A stretch of 64,000 nt of DNA from Bryobacteraceae bacterium (GTDB lineage Bacteria > Acidobacteriota > Terriglobia > Bryobacterales > Bryobacteraceae), in contig OZ255847.1 of NCBI GenBank assembly GCA_965277855.1, forward strand, positions 3,312,557 to 3,376,556, read 5' to 3'. The position numbers were made by a program, and so were the translations under genes. Positions 59,392 to 64,000 of the stretch are shown one piece after another. The stretch's first letter is position 1. Every line of letters starts with the position of its first letter. The notes below the pieces were generated by a model. That model was given only the letters and a program-made list of their open reading frames with translations, had not been told where the DNA came from and ran no database searches.

Positions 59392-61758
59392 ATGAACCTT
59401 GCACTCGATTTCGGAGACCCTGCCTCCGCCGAAGAAGCCCTCACCATTCAGACCCGCACGCCTCTTGCGACTCTGGTGGCGCGCTTCGAAAAGGCCCTGC
59501 TTGATGACGAATCACCAGTCCGTGCCATCCGGCGCCAGCCTCCGAAAGCTGCCCGCTTCGCGCCGTTCCCGGACCGTCTCGACGCCCAACTCCAAACCGC
59601 TCTGAACGCGCGCGGCATCGATCAGCTCTACGTGCATCAAGCGGCCTCCATCGAGCACTCGCTCGACAGCAAGAACGTAACAGTCGTCACGCCCACGGCC
59701 AGCGGCAAGACGCTCTGTTACAACTTGCCGGTATTACAATCCACACTTGCCAATCCATCGGCCCGCGCCTTGTATCTCTTCCCTACCAAGGCACTCGCCG
59801 AAGACCAGCGTCTCGAACTGCAGCGCCTGAATGATGCCGCTGGCGGTTCCATCGCTTGCCACACCTATGACGGCGATACGCCTTCCGATGCGCGCCGCTC
59901 CATTCGCGATAAAGCCAACGTCGTGATGACCAATCCCGACATGCTCCATACCGGCATCCTGCCGCATCACACCAAATGGGTCAAGCTCTTTGAGAATCTC
60001 GAATACTTCGTCATCGACGAACTGCATTATTACCGCGGCGTCTACGGCAGCCACCTTGCCAACATCCTGCGTCGTCTCAAAAGAATCTGCGAATTCTACG
60101 GATCGCGGCCCAAGTTCATCTGCTGCTCCGCCACCATTGCTAATCCAAAGCAGCTGGCCGAGTCCATCACCGAACAAGACTTCGAGCTCGTCTCGGAAAA
60201 CGGCGCGCCTTCCGGCGACAACTATTTCATCTTTTACAATCCACCCGTTGTCAACCAGCAGCTCGGCATTCGCCGCAGCTATCTCAATGAGTCGCGTCGC
60301 GTCGCGCTCGAGTTCATCCGCCAAAACGCGCAGACCCTCGTCTTCACAAACAATCGTCTGGCTGCCGAAGTTCTCACTACCTATATAAAGGATGCCTGCT
60401 CGCAGCTCCCCTTCTCGCAGGAAGCGGTGCGCGGCTATCGCGGCGGTTATCTTCCCAAGGAGCGCCGGCACATCGAGCAGGGATTGCGCAGTGGTGAGAT
60501 CCGAGCCGTCGTAGCCACCAATGCGCTCGAGTTAGGAGTTGATATCGGCTCGCTCGACAGCGTGATCCTCGCCGGCTATCCCGGAAATATCGCGTCCACC
60601 TGGCAGCGCGCCGGTCGCGCCGGTCGCCGCAGTTCCACCTCCGTCGCCGTGCTGGTCGCTTCCAGCGCGCCGCTCGATCAGTACATCGTCGAGCATCCCG
60701 ATTACTTCTTCGGAGCCTCGCCCGAAGAAGCGCATGTCAATGCCGACAATCTTGAGATCTTCCTGAACCATCTGAAATGCGCCGCTTTCGAACTGCCCAT
60801 CCGCGACGACGAAACGTTCGGCGGCCAGGATGTCCGGAAGCTTTGCCAGTTCTTAGCCGACGACATGCACCTGCTGCACCACTCGGGCGATTGCTGGCAC
60901 TGGGTCAGCGATAGTTACCCGGCCGATTCCGTCAGCCTGCGCGCCGTTTCCAGTGATAACTTCCTGGTAGTCGATATCACCGGAGACCACCGCATCATCG
61001 GCGAAGTAGATTTTCCATCCGCTTTAACCACGCTCCACGAAAAGGCAATTTACCTCCACGACGCCCGCCAGTATCAAGTGGAGAAACTCGATTTCGACGG
61101 GCGCAAAGCCTTCGTCCGCCACGTTGATTCCGACTACTTCACCGATGCCATCGTGTACACGCAAGTCAGCGAACTCGCGCAATTTGAAAACACGCCCTGC
61201 ACCGGCTCAAAAGAAGTTCAGGCGGCACACGGCGAGGTGCGCGTGAAACGTCAGGTTGTCGGCTTCAAGAAAATCAAATTCTACACGCTCGAAAATGTAG
61301 GCGCCGGATTACTCTCCCTCCCCGAACAAGAAATGCACACCACTGCTTTTTGGCTTCACCTCCACACCGGTTTCTTCAACAGCTTTCAGGGATTTTCGAC
61401 AGCTGATTTACAGGATGCCATTCACGGCTTGGGCAACCTACTCAAAACCATTGGAACGGTTTTGCTGTTGAGCGATGCACGCGATCTGGCGGTGGCGGTG
61501 CTCGATGATTCCGCTGAAAAGAAACTAGCCTTCGAACCCGATGTAGTGCTTTACGATAACTATCCCGGTGGCATTGGTCAAAGCGATCCCTTATTCCGCC
61601 GCCGCGACGAACTGGTTCAGTCAGCGCTCGATCTGGTCTCCAGTTGCGCCTGCCAGAATGGCTGCCCCAGCTGCGTCGGACCCCACAATGAAATCGGCCG
61701 CCGCGGCAAAGAAGGCGCGCTTCTGATCCTGCAAAAACTCAGTTCTTATCTGCGTTAA
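59392..61758 (+). CDS. DEAD/DEAH-box helicase with C-terminal DUF1998 zinc-cluster domain (YprA/MrfA-like)
   Basis: About 788 aa counted from the ATG at 59392. Motif I VVTPTASGKTL, motif II VIDELHYYRG, motif III CSATIANP, motif VI QRAGRAGRR, and a C-terminal Cys cluster SCACQNGCPSCV. Confidence 0.85.
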   Translation: MNLALDFGDPASAEEALTIQTRTPLATLVARFEKALLDDESPVRAIRRQPPKAARFAPFPDRLDAQLQTALNARGIDQLYVHQAASIEHSLDSKNVTVVTPTASGKTLCYNLPVLQSTLANPSARALYLFPTKALAEDQRLELQRLNDAAGGSIACHTYDGDTPSDARRSIRDKANVVMTNPDMLHTGILPHHTKWVKLFENLEYFVIDELHYYRGVYGSHLANILRRLKRICEFYGSRPKFICCSATIANPKQLAESITEQDFELVSENGAPSGDNYFIFYNPPVVNQQLGIRRSYLNESRRVALEFIRQNAQTLVFTNNRLAAEVLTTYIKDACSQLPFSQEAVRGYRGGYLPKERRHIEQGLRSGEIRAVVATNALELGVDIGSLDSVILAGYPGNIASTWQRAGRAGRRSSTSVAVLVASSAPLDQYIVEHPDYFFGASPEEAHVNADNLEIFLNHLKCAAFELPIRDDETFGGQDVRKLCQFLADDMHLLHHSGDCWHWVSDSYPADSVSLRAVSSDNFLVVDITGDHRIIGEVDFPSALTTLHEKAIYLHDARQYQVEKLDFDGRKAFVRHVDSDYFTDAIVYTQVSELAQFENTPCTGSKEVQAAHGEVRVKRQVVGFKKIKFYTLENVGAGLLSLPEQEMHTTAFWLHLHTGFFNSFQGFSTADLQDAIHGLGNLLKTIGTVLLLSDARDLAVAVLDDSAEKKLAFEPDVVLYDNYPGGIGQSDPLFRRRDELVQSALDLVSSCACQNGCPSCVGPHNEIGRRGKEGALLILQKLSSYLR

Positions 61759-61797
61759 TCGGCTTTCATCTGCGGCCTAATCTTCTTCACCGCTACC

Positions 61798-62631
61798 CTA
61801 CGCCCGCGTCTCATCCTGATCTTCCGGAAACACCGCATACCCGCCCGGCGGCGGATATAGCGTCTTCAGCAAATTCAAACGCTTCCGCAAATACCGGCTG
61901 GGCAACTGCCGCGGACCCGTCTCCACGTCGATATCGCAGCAAATCCCGTGCAGATACAACGTGAGCGTATCAATAAAGGACTGCCGCACGTAATCTTCAA
62001 ACACCTGCGTCTCGCGTTTGATATTCGACTGGCGTCGCAGCAGCGTCTGCTTCACCTGCCAGCTATCATCGTCCACCTCGCCGTGAACGCTCCCCGTCAA
62101 CTCATCGCGAATCAGCGCCTTAAAACTCGATGAAGCTTCCGGCGACCGGTTATCGGCCACCAGTTCCGCCAACCGGCGATACAAGCGGTAATGATACTCC
62201 GCCACATCCTGTTCTTTGAGCGCAAAAACCAGGACCGTCTCATTTTCAAAAATCACTTGCGAGGCCCACGATTGATGCCCATCCGCCGGACGTTCCGCCA
62301 CTACGAAATCCGATGCCTTCTCGGAGCCTTTGCGCTTCTTGCTCCTCGGCTTTATCGCCCCGCGCTCGGTCGTTCGTTCGAGATAGGGCACCAGCAAAAT
62401 CGAAATGCGCGGCAGCATCGCCGCAAGCGAAGCAGGCAGTGCGGCAATGGGCTCTTCCAGGTATTCTTTGACGACCTCTTCACTCATCGGGAGAGAAGCG
62501 CAAAAATAACTGAAGGTATTACTAAGGGGAATTACCTCCCCGCGGAAACGTTCGGCAAACTGACCAACACTGACACGTGCCAGATTGCTTTGAGCCGTTA
62601 CGGCGGGAGTCGGCTCTCTTTGGCTGGACAT
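61798..62631 (-). CDS. hypothetical protein
   Basis: 277-aa ORF, convergent with the helicase gene. No motif was recognised. Confidence 0.4.
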   Translation of the reverse strand: MSSQREPTPAVTAQSNLARVSVGQFAERFRGEVIPLSNTFSYFCASLPMSEEVVKEYLEEPIAALPASLAAMLPRISILLVPYLERTTERGAIKPRSKKRKGSEKASDFVVAERPADGHQSWASQVIFENETVLVFALKEQDVAEYHYRLYRRLAELVADNRSPEASSSFKALIRDELTGSVHGEVDDDSWQVKQTLLRRQSNIKRETQVFEDYVRQSFIDTLTLYLHGICCDIDVETGPRQLPSRYLRKRLNLLKTLYPPPGGYAVFPEDQDETRA

Positions 62632-62733
62632 CTACGTTTTCGACCTCGATTCTAGCAAAGCGATCCCCTGGCCAAACCGCTCGCGCACCCTCGCGCATAC
62701 CAAAAACCCGCTGCTAAAATTGAGAAAACAAAA

Positions 62734-63867
62734 GTGCGATTTCTCGTTTCCGCGGGCGAAGCATCGGGTGACTTGTATGCCGCTGGGGTCGTGAAACACC
62801 TGTCCGAGCTTCTGCCGGAGCTTCACTGCTATGGTTGCGCCGGCCCCCGGCTGCAGGCCGCCGGAGTCAAACCAGTCATCGATGCGTCGAGCGTCGCGGT
62901 CGTCGGACTGGCGGAAGTAGTCGGCCATCTGCCGCGTATCTATGGCCAATACCGCAAGCTCGTGCGCTACGCAAGCCGGCACAAACCTGTCGCCGCTCTC
63001 CTCACCGATAGCCCGGACTTTCATCTCCGCCTCGCGCGTCATCTCAAGCGGCTCGGTGTCCCGGTCTTCTACCTGGTGGCGCCGCAGGTCTGGGCGTGGC
63101 GTCAAAACCGGGTCAAAATTATTCGCCGTCTGGTCGATAAACTCTTCTGCCTTTTCCCTTTCGAAGAAGCCTGGTTCCGCAAACACGATGTCGACGCTAC
63201 CTATATAGGGCATCCTCTCGCGTCACTCGTGCACCCGCACACCACCCGCGACGAGTTCTTCGCCAAACATGATCTGCCCCCTGCTCAGCGCCTGATCGTC
63301 CTTTTGCCTGGAAGCCGCGCCGGCGAGGCTTGCCGCCACATGCCGGCGCTGATCGAAACTATCCGAATTCTCCGCCGGGGTGAGCCACTATCTTTTCTTC
63401 TCGCCACCCCCAACGGTTTCACCACCCACGCTGCCTTACAAAGTTTTCGGGAACCTCTCGCCGCGCTGTCCATCAAAGTAGTTGAAAACGAGACCTGGGA
63501 TTGTATCGCGCACGCCGACCTCGCCTTAGCCGCCAGCGGCACCGTCACCATCGAGGCCGCTGTGCTTGGCACTCCCATGGTGACTTTTTACAAGGTCAAT
63601 CCACTCAGTTGGCAGGCGGGTAGACGTCTGGTGAAAGTTCCGTTTCTCTCTATGGTCAATTTGATTGCCGAACGGCCCGTGGTGCCGGAATTGATCCAGC
63701 ACGAAATGACCGGTGTCAAAGTAGCCGCTGCTGCGCAGCATCTGCTGTCCGATCAAACCGCGGCCGACGCCATGCGCAGCGAACTCGCTCGCGTTCGCGC
63801 GCTGCTCACCCGGGAGGGCGACCCGCTCCGCCGCGCCGCCGAGCTTATCGCCGGCGCCATTACTTAG
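62734..63867 (+). CDS. lpxB: lipid-A-disaccharide synthase
   Basis: 377 aa with a GTG start. RFLVSAGEASGDLYAAGVV, YLVAPQVWAWRQNRV, ASGTVTIEAAVLGTPMV are LpxB hallmarks. Confidence 0.9.
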   Translation: MRFLVSAGEASGDLYAAGVVKHLSELLPELHCYGCAGPRLQAAGVKPVIDASSVAVVGLAEVVGHLPRIYGQYRKLVRYASRHKPVAALLTDSPDFHLRLARHLKRLGVPVFYLVAPQVWAWRQNRVKIIRRLVDKLFCLFPFEEAWFRKHDVDATYIGHPLASLVHPHTTRDEFFAKHDLPPAQRLIVLLPGSRAGEACRHMPALIETIRILRRGEPLSFLLATPNGFTTHAALQSFREPLAALSIKVVENETWDCIAHADLALAASGTVTIEAAVLGTPMVTFYKVNPLSWQAGRRLVKVPFLSMVNLIAERPVVPELIQHEMTGVKVAAAAQHLLSDQTAADAMRSELARVRALLTREGDPLRRAAELIAGAIT

Positions 63868-63922
63868 AACCACGTCGTATCGCCTGATGCTATTCACCCG
63901 CCACAAGAGACAATACAAGAGG

Positions 63923-64000
63923 ATGCGTTGTGACAGATGGGTACTCGTTCTTCTTCTGGGCTCTGCCGCGTGCAGCTTCGCACAGGACCACCGGCCCACT
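63923..64000 (+). CDS. 5' end of a secreted protein gene (runs off the window)
   Basis: My own translation. The ATG at 63923 is preceded by AAGAGG. MRCDRWVLVLLLGSAACSFAQDHRPT looks like a signal peptide. Confidence 0.4.
   Translation, partial: MRCDRWVLVLLLGSAACSFAQDHRPT

Overview
This is a 64-kb chromosomal segment, moderately GC-rich by eye. No rRNA, tRNA, CRISPR array, transposase or integrase was recognised. The gene content suggests an Acidobacteriota-like soil bacterium. This is inference only, based on Tat-signal glycoside hydrolases and oxidoreductases, a VWA protein paired with a giant secreted protein, a CarboxypepD_reg-like repeat protein, and a PQQ propeller with no pqq genes nearby.

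The housekeeping backbone includes nusB (partial), aroA, alaS, groES/groEL, ilvE, lpxB, a GH29 fucosidase, a GH57 enzyme and a GT4-GH130-GT4 glycan cluster.

The most interesting part is an accessory/defence island at about 17.3-32.4 kb. It contains:
- an orphan rtcA abutting a 5'-truncated, frameshifted rtcR;
- a WYL-domain regulator divergent from a CbbX/SpoVK-type AAA+ ATPase that is translationally coupled to a small 2-TM protein, a candidate uncharacterised system;
- one continuous co-directional gene array, vapB-vapC-jetA-jetB-jetC-jetD-NTase-NTase. This is a complete Wadjet (JetABCD/MksBEFG-like) system preceded by a VapBC module and followed by two PF10127/RlaP-like nucleotidyltransferases, one of them frameshifted;
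- a second, divergent vapBC pair.

Elsewhere there is a higBA-like module with a perfect operator-like palindrome, an intact brnA with a decayed brnT, a visibly GC-richer patch at 14.6-17.3 kb, a palindromic REP-like repeat family, and a perfect 42-bp tandem duplication.

All functional calls rest on motif-level reading of the ORF translations. No database search was run.
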